IMG/VR virus record: IMGVR_UViG_3300021197_000882
From: an uncultured virus (IMG/VR IMGVR_UViG_3300021197_000882)
Lineage: Duplodnaviria; Heunggongvirae; Uroviricota; Caudoviricetes
Length of the DNA: 64,000 bases
Strand: one strand, 5' to 3'
The notes under the pieces are model-generated. The model ran no database searches. It was not told the origin of the DNA and was given only the letters and a program-made list of their open reading frames with translations. The position numbers and the translations under genes are program-made. Shown here one piece after another: positions 31,363-41,390 of this stretch; position 1 is the stretch's first letter; each line of letters opens with the position of its first letter.

Positions 31363-31833
31363 CTACATCTCAACGGGGTTTTGCACTTCATTATCTAGCC
31401 TCTCCTCAAACTTCTTTATTTGATTTTTCATTCTTGTGTTAGAACTCTTGTAGCCCTTTACTAATTTAGTTAGTTCCTTGACTTCTTCCTGTGCTTTCTT
31501 TGATTTGCTCATAGAAGATACAACTATGTCTTTTAATTGACTAATCTTTTCATCAAGGATTTTTTCAATAATAGGGTCAAGCCCTTTGGTTATTTGATGC
31601 TGAACTTCTACTGCGATAGTGCTATGTAATACATCAACAGAAGTTGAAAGCCCTTCGACTTTTTTATCTAATCTATCTATGTTTTTAATAACATTCTTAG
31701 CAGTATTAGTCATAACCTTATATCTATTTCTCCCCCCACTACCTCTACAGTCGGGGCATATTGTTTCTCTTGATTTCATAGAAAACTTTCTAAAAGTCTC
31801 TCCACAATCTCTACATACTCTGGTCATACTCAT
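31363..31833 (-). CDS. zinc-ribbon plus coiled-coil protein
   Basis: CRDCGETF...CPDC followed by long heptad helix. Confidence 0.7.
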   Translation of the reverse strand: MSMTRVCRDCGETFRKFSMKSRETICPDCRGSGGRNRYKVMTNTAKNVIKNIDRLDKKVEGLSTSVDVLHSTIAVEVQHQITKGLDPIIEKILDEKISQLKDIVVSSMSKSKKAQEEVKELTKLVKGYKSSNTRMKNQIKKFEERLDNEVQNPVEM

Positions 31834-33515
31834 ATTTTCAACTCCTTTGCTTTGAATGCCGCTAATCTAATTGCTTCTCTAGCACTAGCAGTAATGCTAG
31901 CGGCTAGGTCTACATCAGCCCATCCAAATCCTTGAAATGCTAATACACCATAGAAAGAGGCCATTAGTCTTTTAATTGCCATTTGGTTGTTGTGCCATTT
32001 TTGATAGTCTTCTTTATTATCTGCACTTCTCATAAACTGTTTGTATTTGTTTCTCATTTCCTTTAGTTCTAAAAGTGCTTTAGGTAATAGGCCTAGTTCA
32101 TCTGTTTTATAGTAAAGCATATTTGTTTTAGTAACAGGAGTAAAATCTCTAGGTACTGCTATGTTTACTGCAAACTCAGTAGGTTCATTAGACTTAGTTT
32201 CCCAAGAAATGTTCCTAGCAATCATCATTGAAGGATATAGTCCAGCAAAGTCGAAAGCCGCCACATTTAGATGTAGTCCTTGGGTTTGTTCACTTAGTGG
32301 GTCGTAAATCATAGCACCATCGTATTCTCTTCTCTCTACATTTCTATCGCCAGTAGGTGCTTTCCACCATGCATTTCTCATAAAGTAGATAGAACCCATA
32401 TGGCTAGCATAAAAGCAAGCATCGAAGGGAGCCTTTAGAAGTCTCTGTAAAGCAATAATAGCCTCACTACAAAAATTAGTTTCGTCTATTCTTACTAGAA
32501 GTTCTACATCAACTAATGCATAATTTAAGTATGCTTCCGTATCTTCTAGCCATCCTCTACGATAGAATTCATTAGGGTCTTCGAACTTAGTATTCATCTG
32601 TTTACCTTCATCAAACAATAGTTTGGAAACATAATCTAAACTTAGTGATGGTAGTGTTCCTCTTTGAGAATCATTCCATTGCCTCTCAAATGCCAAGTCT
32701 AGGTTGAGAGTTATTCTTCCTGCTATTGGTTGTTCAATAGAAGAAAAACCATTCTTCTTAGTATATTCAAGTTTGTCATTCTTTCCTAATTTTATTCCTT
32801 TAACATAATTAATAGGAGACATAATCAAAGGATTAATGTCTAATGCACAACACCGTTCTAATAATTTAGGAATATCTGCAAAGTTACCAAACCAAGCAAT
32901 AAGCATATCGGGGTCTTTGTCTACCATTGTATAGAGGAAATCCTCAATCATATCCTTTTCATTATTATAAGCCATCATATGTGCAACTTTATCTGTAGAC
33001 ATTTTAAATCCGTCATATGGTTCTTTATTAGGAAACCAAGCCCACTGATAGTATTCTTTATCATAATTATCATACATTACAATAGTAGTAATACAACTAT
33101 CATGTTGTCCACCCTGTTGCCATTCCATATCCCAGTACCACTTACGCATATCGTATTCAGGCATTTCTTCTATTTCATCGACTGCGTATCTAAAGGTGTA
33201 AGGGACATCTGCCTCATAAGTTTCTCTAAACCTATCCTTAGCCTTTCTATCTGCTCCACTTTCATAGTACACCTTTACTAGTTTATTTCTTTGTAGATTG
33301 TAGAATTCTCCTTCTTCATACTCAAATTCTCCTTGAATATATTTAGAGACTTGATAGTGAGGAGGTCTGCTTTCTGTATCTTTGACAAAGAAGTAAGGCC
33401 TAAATCTAAGTTTCTCTTCTTTTTTAACGCCGTTTTCTCTCCATGATTTATATATTAGTTTGTTATTTTTATTGGCATTAATTATCATTTTAATCTCCTC
33501 TAACTCTCGGCGCAC
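31830..33515 (-). CDS. polB: family B DNA polymerase, N-terminal subunit (exonuclease plus motifs A and B)
   Basis: WDMEW ExoI, YALVDV ExoIII, FDFAGLYPS motif A, QMAIKRLMASFYG motif B; ends before motif C; start probably ATG 33488. Confidence 0.92.
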   Translation of the reverse strand: MRRELEEIKMIINANKNNKLIYKSWRENGVKKEEKLRFRPYFFVKDTESRPPHYQVSKYIQGEFEYEEGEFYNLQRNKLVKVYYESGADRKAKDRFRETYEADVPYTFRYAVDEIEEMPEYDMRKWYWDMEWQQGGQHDSCITTIVMYDNYDKEYYQWAWFPNKEPYDGFKMSTDKVAHMMAYNNEKDMIEDFLYTMVDKDPDMLIAWFGNFADIPKLLERCCALDINPLIMSPINYVKGIKLGKNDKLEYTKKNGFSSIEQPIAGRITLNLDLAFERQWNDSQRGTLPSLSLDYVSKLLFDEGKQMNTKFEDPNEFYRRGWLEDTEAYLNYALVDVELLVRIDETNFCSEAIIALQRLLKAPFDACFYASHMGSIYFMRNAWWKAPTGDRNVERREYDGAMIYDPLSEQTQGLHLNVAAFDFAGLYPSMMIARNISWETKSNEPTEFAVNIAVPRDFTPVTKTNMLYYKTDELGLLPKALLELKEMRNKYKQFMRSADNKEDYQKWHNNQMAIKRLMASFYGVLAFQGFGWADVDLAASITASAREAIRLAAFKAKELKI

Positions 33516-34296
33516 GAAGCAAAACTCTATCTTCCGCTACTAAGATAATAGGGGAATCATCCTTTGATAGAAGGATTAAATCGGATGTTTTATCAAAGAA
33601 AGAATATAGAGGAGAAGTGAAACTGACTGACGCTTCCCCTACTAAGATTGCTTCATCTTGTATAGTGTGTATGTATTCTTTGTTTGGTAAAGTAGAGCGA
33701 ATATCGAATATGCCCGCCTCTTGTCCTATAGTCAATTCAAAGATACCTGTTCCTATTAGTTCACAGGTTTTTAGAGCCTTTGTGAATTCTACATTATTGA
33801 ACATAGAAGCACACTCTAGTTGGGTTTTGTTAAACATAGGTAGTTCTTCTGAATTAACTATGTCTTCAATCCTAGAGTAACTGTTGAATTGAGATAACAT
33901 AGTCCTCATAGAATATATGGTCTGTAGATTATCGGGCATTTGAATCAACGGTATTTTAACTATATTAGTATCGTCTTCTGTTGATATCTCTAACTGCGCT
34001 TGGTCTATTTCTAGTCGTAGATTACCGCTAAAGGACTTAAGGAAAGGCATTATCTCCTTAAACATAAAACAAAATGGATTGTTATTTGCTTCTTCAACCT
34101 CGTTTATTTCTACACTTAGTTTCGCCATAGTTGTTGCATCACCATTCATAAAGTGAAGAGAACCTTCATCTACATAAGATATAACAGACTCTCCTAATGA
34201 AGACGAAGAAAAGCCACTTACTGTAACATACTTACCCTTCATCTGCATACTTTCTAAACTGCTAAGTAGTGCGCTAGTTTCTATTTCAAAATTCAT
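33490..34296 (-). CDS. pcn: PCNA-like sliding clamp
   Basis: 268 aa acidic protein of PCNA size ending SPIIL...LLRAPRV; between polB and RFC. Confidence 0.72.
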   Translation of the reverse strand: MNFEIETSALLSSLESMQMKGKYVTVSGFSSSSLGESVISYVDEGSLHFMNGDATTMAKLSVEINEVEEANNNPFCFMFKEIMPFLKSFSGNLRLEIDQAQLEISTEDDTNIVKIPLIQMPDNLQTIYSMRTMLSQFNSYSRIEDIVNSEELPMFNKTQLECASMFNNVEFTKALKTCELIGTGIFELTIGQEAGIFDIRSTLPNKEYIHTIQDEAILVGEASVSFTSPLYSFFDKTSDLILLSKDDSPIILVAEDRVLLRAPRVRGD

Positions 34297-35108
34297 ATAT
34301 TTCCCTCTCTTAGTTCTTTAAGACCGTTCCACTTTACATTACCGCTAGCAATCTCTAGAGATTCCCAAACCTTACCTACTAGTTTAGTATTAGATTTACT
34401 ACTCTGTAGTTCTGCTTTATAGACAACATCGTTCTTTCTTTTAGTTCTTCTAGTGTGTATAATTTGGTGTAACATATCTCCCAAATTATGCCAGTTAGGT
34501 TTAGCCCCTATTACTTCACCAGTTGCCCCATAATCCGGCTTAGAGTGAGTAATGTATATTTGGTCACAGTTTAGATTTAGAGACATCTTAAGCAAAGAAT
34601 AGAAAGGAGCATTTCTTTTACCCCACTCAAACTTCATCTTTTGTGGTTTACCAATCTTAGAACTTCCTGTAACATGAAGTGTACAGCAGTCAAGCCATTT
34701 GTCTACTCCATCAAACACAAATAGGACATCTTCCCCTGCTTCTATTTTTGATTTAACAAAAAGAACAAAGTCTTCCGAGTTTGCTTCGGACTTTTGTATA
34801 TCTAGTTCTCCATTTTGGTTTCTTATTTCAGGATTCCATAAAGTAATTCTATCAGTCATTTCGTGGTTTTGTCTCCATGTTGGTTCACAACCATTATCCC
34901 AATCTAAAACATAAATTTGTTTATTTGGAAAGTCTAAGGCTAGACCACTCTTAACAGTTTTAGGTTCACCCCAAATACCACAAAGAAGTCTATTGTTTCT
35001 AGACAACCTAGTGGTTGTTTGTTTCTTTAGTTTATCCGCAAACGCAATAACTCTAGCGTTATTTGTCATTTGCTTCGCATTTTCTTTATTTGTTTTTATA
35101 TTCATCAT
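34293..35108 (-). CDS. RecA-fold ATPase (RadA/Sak4-like recombinase)
   Basis: variant Walker A GEPKTVKS, LDWD, Walker B FVFDG, YITH; near SSB gene. Confidence 0.75.
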   Translation of the reverse strand: MMNIKTNKENAKQMTNNARVIAFADKLKKQTTTRLSRNNRLLCGIWGEPKTVKSGLALDFPNKQIYVLDWDNGCEPTWRQNHEMTDRITLWNPEIRNQNGELDIQKSEANSEDFVLFVKSKIEAGEDVLFVFDGVDKWLDCCTLHVTGSSKIGKPQKMKFEWGKRNAPFYSLLKMSLNLNCDQIYITHSKPDYGATGEVIGAKPNWHNLGDMLHQIIHTRRTKRKNDVVYKAELQSSKSNTKLVGKVWESLEIASGNVKWNGLKELREGNI

Positions 35109-35113
35109 TTTAA

Positions 35114-35377
35114 TTACCTCTTTAATTGGTTTAATTCGTTTTCTGTCATATCAATATCTCTTATATTAGACCAAGTATATACTATATTCTTTAGTTCACT
35201 TAGGCTTCTAGCCACATATCTAACGAATCTTCCCGATTCGGTTTCACCAAAGTATAGTTTTAACCAATACTCATCTTCTTTAGATTCGTTTTCTTTATAT
35301 GAAATAAAAGAAACATCTTCTAGAGATATAATATAACTGTTTTTCTTAATTAGTAGTTTATTTTGTATTATAGTCAT
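35114..35377 (-). CDS. hypothetical protein
   Basis: 87 aa, AAGGAG RBS. Confidence 0.65.
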   Translation of the reverse strand: MTIIQNKLLIKKNSYIISLEDVSFISYKENESKEDEYWLKLYFGETESGRFVRYVARSLSELKNIVYTWSNIRDIDMTENELNQLKR

Positions 35378-35486
35378 TGTAAATTCTCCTTATAGGAATA
35401 GGCTTCGCACCTAGTTGAGCATCAATTACTTCCACAAGTTCATACTTACACTTGCCAACAAACGGAGGAACCCGTTGGAATTTAAA

Positions 35487-36728
35487 TCATAGCCATTCGT
35501 CGTAGTTCTCCTCACTCAGCCTTTCGCTAATTTCCGGAGCAAGCCCTATCTTAGAAAGACAGTGCATTCCCGCAACATTGATTGTTACTGGGTCTGCTTC
35601 TCCATCAATTACTCTTTGACTGGTTCTTCCTACTACTAGGACTTCTGAACCTATTCCGAAATCAATATCAAATGATTCGGGAATCCAACAAGTAGTTGAT
35701 AGACTGCCATCTTCAAAAGAAGAAGAATCCATTTCTACTGATAAATCTGTTATGTTCAAGATTCTGTTTCCATTAGATGTAGGTACCATGTTAAGACTAA
35801 TTACTGACCCTTGCGTAATCACATATCTTTCCTTAGCAGGAAGATTTTGATTTAGTATGTGTACTCTATCTAAATCTATTAGGTCACAACTGTTATCCTC
35901 AAAGTTGTTTTGTACAAATTCCAGCATGTCTAGCACACCTACATTGACATAGTTATCATCTTCGGGATTAACATCTTCGCATCTTCTTAATGTCTTCAAG
36001 GTTGTTTCTGTTGCACCATAGATATCAGTTCCGTTGGAACCCGCTACGCAAGTAAACTGAACCCAGTCAAATGTACTAGGTTTGAAGTCTACTCCTTTAT
36101 TCTTATAGGAAAAGAAGTAAGGTTGCATATCTTCAACTTGGCCTGTAATAGTACCAAAGAAGATTCCTATTCTTCGCATTAGTTCTGTTGGTAGTGGTTT
36201 ACCGTAGTCTTTGTTTTTGCCACCGTTCATGTAAACAGCAGTATTATCTAAAGGAATAAAGATTCTACCATCTTCACTTTCTTCCGCACCTGCGGGTAGT
36301 TTAGATATAGTTGCTTCTCTATATTCTCCTTCGTGATATCTAGAAACTAGATACCCTTTCTCTGTTTCTTCTGCAACGGCAACAAAGCCCTTTTCTAAAG
36401 CGTTATCAGAATCTCTCATAAATTCTTCTTTTGCTTTCATTCTGTTCCATGCCATCATATCTCTAGGTTCTTCTAGGGACACAAAGAAGCCCGTAGCGGT
36501 CTTAAACAAATCGTTGTTACCACCATTGGTAGAAGTGTTGGTATTTACCATCCTTCTTTTATTGGCTACATAGTTTCGCCAAAGACCCTTAGCAATAGGG
36601 TTGGTTGGCTCTAAACCATTTTCGGCACAAATCTCTATTAATTTTGCCGAAGCCTCTTCTTCGTTCATGCCTATATATGGCAAACTTTTCATTATTTCGT
36701 TTTTCATTTCTTCACTTATGTTATTCAT
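35487..36728 (-). CDS. RPA-like ssDNA-binding protein (OB folds)
   Basis: NRILNITD...TCW...GSEVLVVG OB-like strands, acidic-aromatic tail EENYDEWL; GGAGG RBS; replication cluster. Confidence 0.65.
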   Translation of the reverse strand: MNNISEEMKNEIMKSLPYIGMNEEEASAKLIEICAENGLEPTNPIAKGLWRNYVANKRRMVNTNTSTNGGNNDLFKTATGFFVSLEEPRDMMAWNRMKAKEEFMRDSDNALEKGFVAVAEETEKGYLVSRYHEGEYREATISKLPAGAEESEDGRIFIPLDNTAVYMNGGKNKDYGKPLPTELMRRIGIFFGTITGQVEDMQPYFFSYKNKGVDFKPSTFDWVQFTCVAGSNGTDIYGATETTLKTLRRCEDVNPEDDNYVNVGVLDMLEFVQNNFEDNSCDLIDLDRVHILNQNLPAKERYVITQGSVISLNMVPTSNGNRILNITDLSVEMDSSSFEDGSLSTTCWIPESFDIDFGIGSEVLVVGRTSQRVIDGEADPVTINVAGMHCLSKIGLAPEISERLSEENYDEWL

Positions 36729-36750
36729 GTTTTTTACCTCCTGTGTTTCT

Positions 36751-37662
36751 CTAAAGTATTTGCCCCACCATCCATGATGCTAATACCTTTGGAGTCATTG
36801 TAGAAGAACGCCATTCCGTTTCTCCTATTACTCGCAGTAACTTAAATTTCTGCGTTGTGTCAAATCCCGTAGAACTGATTACTACATCGTGTAATCCGTT
36901 ACAAATTTCTTTCATAGTCCTACCCTCGTAAATTAAATTGTGAATATCAGTTATTGTGTTGGAATTTTTATTGGTTATTTTTATTAGTATTTTTTGATAT
37001 TCTTCGAGACCGGATTCTATTTGTTTTTTCAATGTGGTCTTGCTTGATTTGGCGGCCTGTAATTCAGTAATCGCCCTGCGCAAGTCTCCGTTCATCGAGT
37101 ATATAAAATCTCTCAAATCTTCTTCTTGAAAGTGTTCTATCCTTTCACTTTTTAGTATGTCGCCTACTACTTCTAGCATAGCATCATTAGCCAGTGGCTT
37201 GAAATTGTAGTTAGCGCATCTACTCTGTAGTGCAAAAATAATCTTGTTCCTGTCATTACAGGTTATTATGAATCTAACATTTTCAGCATACCTTTCCATA
37301 ATTCTCTTTAGAGCATTTTGGGCATCGCTAGTCATACCATCCATTTCATCTAAATGTATTACTCTAAACGGAGCATCGCCCAAGGTCATGCTTTGGGCTA
37401 CATTCTTTATAGTGGTTCTAACAGTTTCCAACTTCCTATCATCGGAAGCATTTATTTCCACATAGTTATTTTTAAAATTATCTTGTAGAATAGCCTTAGC
37501 CAAAACAATACTAGCCGCAGTCTTACCTGTACCGCACTGGCCGTACAATAATAGATTGGGCATATTGTTTTCCTGCACCCAATGATAAGCATCTGTTGTA
37601 AAGTTTACTTGCCCTCTTATATCTGTTAATTTATTTGGTCTGTATTTCTCTGTCCATAACAT
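36751..37662 (-). CDS. rfcS: replication factor C small subunit
   Basis: WTEKYRP, GQCGTGKT, EINASD, LDEMD, AQNALKR, LQSRC, GDLR. Confidence 0.96.
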   Translation of the reverse strand: MLWTEKYRPNKLTDIRGQVNFTTDAYHWVQENNMPNLLLYGQCGTGKTAASIVLAKAILQDNFKNNYVEINASDDRKLETVRTTIKNVAQSMTLGDAPFRVIHLDEMDGMTSDAQNALKRIMERYAENVRFIITCNDRNKIIFALQSRCANYNFKPLANDAMLEVVGDILKSERIEHFQEEDLRDFIYSMNGDLRRAITELQAAKSSKTTLKKQIESGLEEYQKILIKITNKNSNTITDIHNLIYEGRTMKEICNGLHDVVISSTGFDTTQKFKLLRVIGETEWRSSTMTPKVLASWMVGQIL

Positions 37663-37780
37663 ATTTATTCCTCCTCTAATTTAATTAATTCTTGTTGTAT
37701 TGATTCATAGTCGGGTAGTAATACTCCACCTAACCAATAGAGAAACAATACGGTTATTGCCCCTACTAATAATTCTAACA

Positions 37781-38047
37781 TTATCTATTCCCCCATATTA
37801 TTTGTTTTAATTTAGCACAATAACTAACTTTACGATATCTTTTACTTAGAATCATTTGTAGTTGATGGCTAGTAGGTAGGCCTTTTTGCGCTCTCCTTCC
37901 AGTTGAAGTCAAAGCATTATTTAGTTTGTATTTTATTTCTGAAGTTGTTAAATTTTCTTCATCTAACATCTTGGTTATTCTGTTTATCATTAATTTGTTT
38001 TTCATTATTCTCATCTCTGTTTTTATGTTGGGAGCAGTATTTATCAA
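37781..38047 (-). CDS. small basic protein, possible winged helix
   Basis: LTTSEIK...PTSHQLQMILS; start probably ATG about 38005. Confidence 0.55.
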   Translation of the reverse strand: MINTAPNIKTEMRIMKNKLMINRITKMLDEENLTTSEIKYKLNNALTSTGRRAQKGLPTSHQLQMILSKRYRKVSYCAKLKQIIWGNR

Positions 38048-38237
38048 TAGTTATTTTTCTACACCTTTTACCAGTGGATTTGGTAATAGCCTCGCAAAAG
38101 TATTTATCCGGTAAATTTTCTCTATCGTTTACACAAGTAAAACATAGGCTTGTGGATGTTTTACTTCTACTTGGTTTAGGAGGCCTCATACCTTTTCCGC
38201 AATAAACACATCTGCTCCCGTTAATTGTGTGCTTCAA
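37959..38237 (-). CDS. double zinc-finger protein
   Basis: CVYC...CFTC and CEAITKSTGKRC...YCSQH. Confidence 0.7.
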   Translation of the reverse strand: MKHTINGSRCVYCGKGMRPPKPSRSKTSTSLCFTCVNDRENLPDKYFCEAITKSTGKRCRKITIDKYCSQHKNRDENNEKQINDKQNNQDVR

Positions 38238-39076
38238 AGGAAATCACCTAGAGTTTTTTGATACTTCTCAGGTCTTTTTAGTTTCTTTAGTTTGATTTTT
38301 TCGCCAATACCTAAACTGCGGTATTCTAGATTACTCATTTTAGTTCCTACAAAGGACTTAAACTCATCATCAAGTAGTAGTTGTTTGAATACTCGGTAGT
38401 CCTTTATCTTTAATTTCCTTGCTAAGTAAGGCATCTTAGAATAGGCTTTTCTTTTAGGCATTTCTGTTCTACCAAAGTGCTTACCGTCATGGCTGTAACT
38501 TAGTATTTCATAGAAATAGTTAATGTTCCATCTTCTTTTAACTACCCTATCAACGAACATTATCTTATTAGGGTGTATATTACTATCTAACCAAGATAGA
38601 ATTTGTATGTCGCTAGGCTTGTTGTATTTTAACAACTCGCAAACTAGGTCTCTGTCAGTAGACCTTAGAAAATCTTGCACAAGAGAAAAGGTATCTCTCT
38701 CATAAGAGTTAGGTGCTTCGCTTCTAGGAGCAAGGTTGGCTATATTTTCTCTTAGATAGTTTTCTTTGTCGGCTCTTTTTATCTTACACATTGCCTTTAT
38801 TTGTTTAGGTATAGACTTTTGATTTATAGAAGTCATAATCAACTTACCACGATAAGTTCTAATTATTGTTAGAATAGATTTACTATCCGGTTTGAAATGA
38901 ACATCTTCAATTATCAGTCCACTTTCCACAGGTAGCGAAAATATATCTATATCACAGTCGTTTGCATAAACTACTTTAGCATTAGGTGAAAGTTTCTTGG
39001 CTTTGGTGCTTTTTCCAGTTCCGTACTTTCCTACTATTATTATTGGTTTTTCTTTATTTATATTTATCAATCCCAT
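38234..39076 (-). CDS. degenerate RFC large-subunit-like AAA+ protein
   Basis: GKYGTGKS, LIIEDV, WLDSNI; near rfcS. Confidence 0.65.
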   Translation of the reverse strand: MGLININKEKPIIIVGKYGTGKSTKAKKLSPNAKVVYANDCDIDIFSLPVESGLIIEDVHFKPDSKSILTIIRTYRGKLIMTSINQKSIPKQIKAMCKIKRADKENYLRENIANLAPRSEAPNSYERDTFSLVQDFLRSTDRDLVCELLKYNKPSDIQILSWLDSNIHPNKIMFVDRVVKRRWNINYFYEILSYSHDGKHFGRTEMPKRKAYSKMPYLARKLKIKDYRVFKQLLLDDEFKSFVGTKMSNLEYRSLGIGEKIKLKKLKRPEKYQKTLGDFL

Positions 39077-39474
39077 TACAAGACCTCTTTTAATTTTAAA
39101 ATTTCATCTAGCCCGTTTAGAGTTAGATGTTTTTTTGTTGTTATTATTTCTAATAGTTTCTCAAATAAGTGTTTATCAAACTTATTAGTCGGAGCATTCT
39201 TAGGAAGAAGATTTTCTATCTTAACTAAGTCGCTTATCCTACCAATAGATAATATTGGTTTAGGCCTGTTCTTACTCTCGACCACTCTAATTTTAGAATG
39301 TATTTGATGTTGCATTAAACTCCGATATACTGCTTCCAAGTATTCGGGGCTTCCTCTTAATATCAATTTTATTTTGAGAGAATAACCTAATTTATAGGTA
39401 ATGTCCCGACTAGCATTTATTTGTAGAGTCGCATTAGATAGTATTATTCCGGCTAATGTGTCTTTACTATACAC
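39076..39474 (-). CDS. LAGLIDADG-fold protein with degenerate catalytic motif
   Basis: N-terminal LAGIILSNA and C-terminal KKHLTLNGLDEILKLK typical of single-motif LAGLIDADG proteins. Confidence 0.7.
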   Translation of the reverse strand: MYSKDTLAGIILSNATLQINASRDITYKLGYSLKIKLILRGSPEYLEAVYRSLMQHQIHSKIRVVESKNRPKPILSIGRISDLVKIENLLPKNAPTNKFDKHLFEKLLEIITTKKHLTLNGLDEILKLKEVL

Positions 39475-39835
39475 CCGAATCTCCCCTTGTATGTCCTACA
39501 AACTCACACTTGAACCTTAGAAAGTTTAGCCCATCTAATACAACATCTGTTAGTAGTTCTTCTATGATAGCATAGCCTCCCGCAAAAACAAATTTGATAC
39601 TAGTTCCTCTGTAAGCGTTTAAGGCTCTTGCTTCTTCTTCGCCTATGTAGTCAACCGCTATCGCTACTTTATCAAAGGTGCTATATTCAGCAGTTACCAT
39701 CAGTCCTTTTATTAAGAGATTAACATCGTCTTCCTGCACTTCACCGTACACAAAGAAAGAATAAATGTCTACATATCCATATGTGTCCATCCATTCAGGA
39801 ATTTCAGGTGCTTGTGGTATGTTTATAGTTGTCAT
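39467..39835 (-). CDS. acidic hypothetical protein
   Basis: 122 aa, GGTGA RBS. Confidence 0.65.
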   Translation of the reverse strand: MTTINIPQAPEIPEWMDTYGYVDIYSFFVYGEVQEDDVNLLIKGLMVTAEYSTFDKVAIAVDYIGEEEARALNAYRGTSIKFVFAGGYAIIEELLTDVVLDGLNFLRFKCEFVGHTRGDSGV

Positions 39836-39854
39836 TAAATAATCACCTTTACTG

Positions 39855-41390
39855 TTATTCGGAATATAATTTAATTAGGCTATCTAGAGTGTCGCAGTCT
39901 GCTACAAATTTATCTTCCCTAATTCTTTTACATCTTGGGAACCTAAGACCATAGTTTCCCTTTTCATCCATTGATACTAAATCTGCTGATACTTCTAAAA
40001 CTGTTCTTGGTAGTAAAAAGTAAATTCCACCAGAAAATTTCTCAACATTTTTCCGTAGTGAATTGGTTAATTCGTATAATTCCTCATCGGAGAAACCAGT
40101 ACCAACCCACCCTACAGGATGGAAACCAGTTTCGCTTTTAACACCAATATTAAAACTGGCAAATACATTTGATTTATTTCCTTGACCATATTTGGCACCT
40201 ATAATAGCGACATCTAATTCAATGCGGGGAGGTTTGTATTTAGCCCACCCTACGCTTCTTTTACCTGCCTCATAGGGTAAACTAGCATCTTTGACAATGA
40301 TGCCCTCAAAACCATCGTTAATTGCTCTATTATAGAATGCTAGAACATCACCGCCCTCTTCCATTCTATGTGCTTGGTCGGGGAGTTGTGAAAACTTACC
40401 TAATCTATCGCTATAAGATAAGTCCATTATAGTTTCATTACCAACCTTAAGGCAATCAAATATAACCCACTTAACTTTCACTTTCTCTCTTGCTTCTGCA
40501 TGATTCTTAGAATGAACTCTTGTTCCCATTAGTTTATGTTCGGCAGGAGAACCATCATCGTTAATTGGATATATTTCACCATCAAGAATACAATCTACTT
40601 CATACTCTCTAACTCGCTCTACAACATCTTGAAACTGTGGCGTAACAATAGAACCTTTGCGATTAAAGATAATTACATTATCATCTTCTTTATGTATTTG
40701 ATATCTGTTACCGTCATACTTATAGTCTACAATCTTATTCTCCGGCCACTTATTCATAGGGACTTCTTTTGCTAACATTGGTTTAACAAAGGAGCCATGA
40801 GATAAGTTACAGGGAGGTACTTCTTTCATTTCATAATACTTTATTGTATTACTAAAAGAATTAAAGTTTAGATGTTGCTTAACAACTTTAACTTTCTTAC
40901 CATAATGTTTAGCAAGAATTTTTGTTAGTTGTCCCTCTTTGATATTGTTTCTAGGTTTTCTAATTAAGAACCTAAAGAACCATTTTCTTTCTAAGTCTGA
41001 CATCTGTAGAGTTACCTCTTTAACCAAGTCAAAGGAAGAACCCGAAGATTTGCCGCAATCCAATTGTAGAATATCTATAATCTGTTTTATTGTTAGATTG
41101 GAAACTTCTTTAGAAGCCTCTAGGAAATAAATAGCACTACCTATATCACCGTAACTAGATACTGCTCTTTCTACTTCTTCATCAAATAAATCAAATATTT
41201 TGGCTACCCATTTTACTACCTTAGCATTACCAATGTTATTCTCCTCTAAGTCTAGAGAGAGAAGTTTGAATAGATTTTCTTTATTTTGAAAGAGGGATAA
41301 TTGTCTTGATACTAAAACAGTTTGTGTTGTGGGTATTAGGTTGGATGTTTGTTCTAGTAGTCTACATAATTTTATCCATGTATCGGTCAC
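39855..41390 (-). CDS. lig: ATP-dependent DNA ligase
   Basis: PMLA, KYDGNR, LDGEI, EGIIVK, WAKYK, VGTG, LRFPR..RIREDK. Confidence 0.96.
   Translation of the reverse strand: MTDTWIKLCRLLEQTSNLIPTTQTVLVSRQLSLFQNKENLFKLLSLDLEENNIGNAKVVKWVAKIFDLFDEEVERAVSSYGDIGSAIYFLEASKEVSNLTIKQIIDILQLDCGKSSGSSFDLVKEVTLQMSDLERKWFFRFLIRKPRNNIKEGQLTKILAKHYGKKVKVVKQHLNFNSFSNTIKYYEMKEVPPCNLSHGSFVKPMLAKEVPMNKWPENKIVDYKYDGNRYQIHKEDDNVIIFNRKGSIVTPQFQDVVERVREYEVDCILDGEIYPINDDGSPAEHKLMGTRVHSKNHAEAREKVKVKWVIFDCLKVGNETIMDLSYSDRLGKFSQLPDQAHRMEEGGDVLAFYNRAINDGFEGIIVKDASLPYEAGKRSVGWAKYKPPRIELDVAIIGAKYGQGNKSNVFASFNIGVKSETGFHPVGWVGTGFSDEELYELTNSLRKNVEKFSGGIYFLLPRTVLEVSADLVSMDEKGNYGLRFPRCKRIREDKFVADCDTLDSLIKLYSE

Noticed and set aside
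30612..31830. Intein or intron splitting polB
   Set aside because: No Cys/Ser start or His-Asn end motifs, no homing nuclease in the interval, and each half has its own start and stop.
35395..35435. Hammerhead ribozyme (TGATG...CGAA on - strand)
   Set aside because: The CUGANGA and GAAA core is not matched; kept only as a generic structured spacer.
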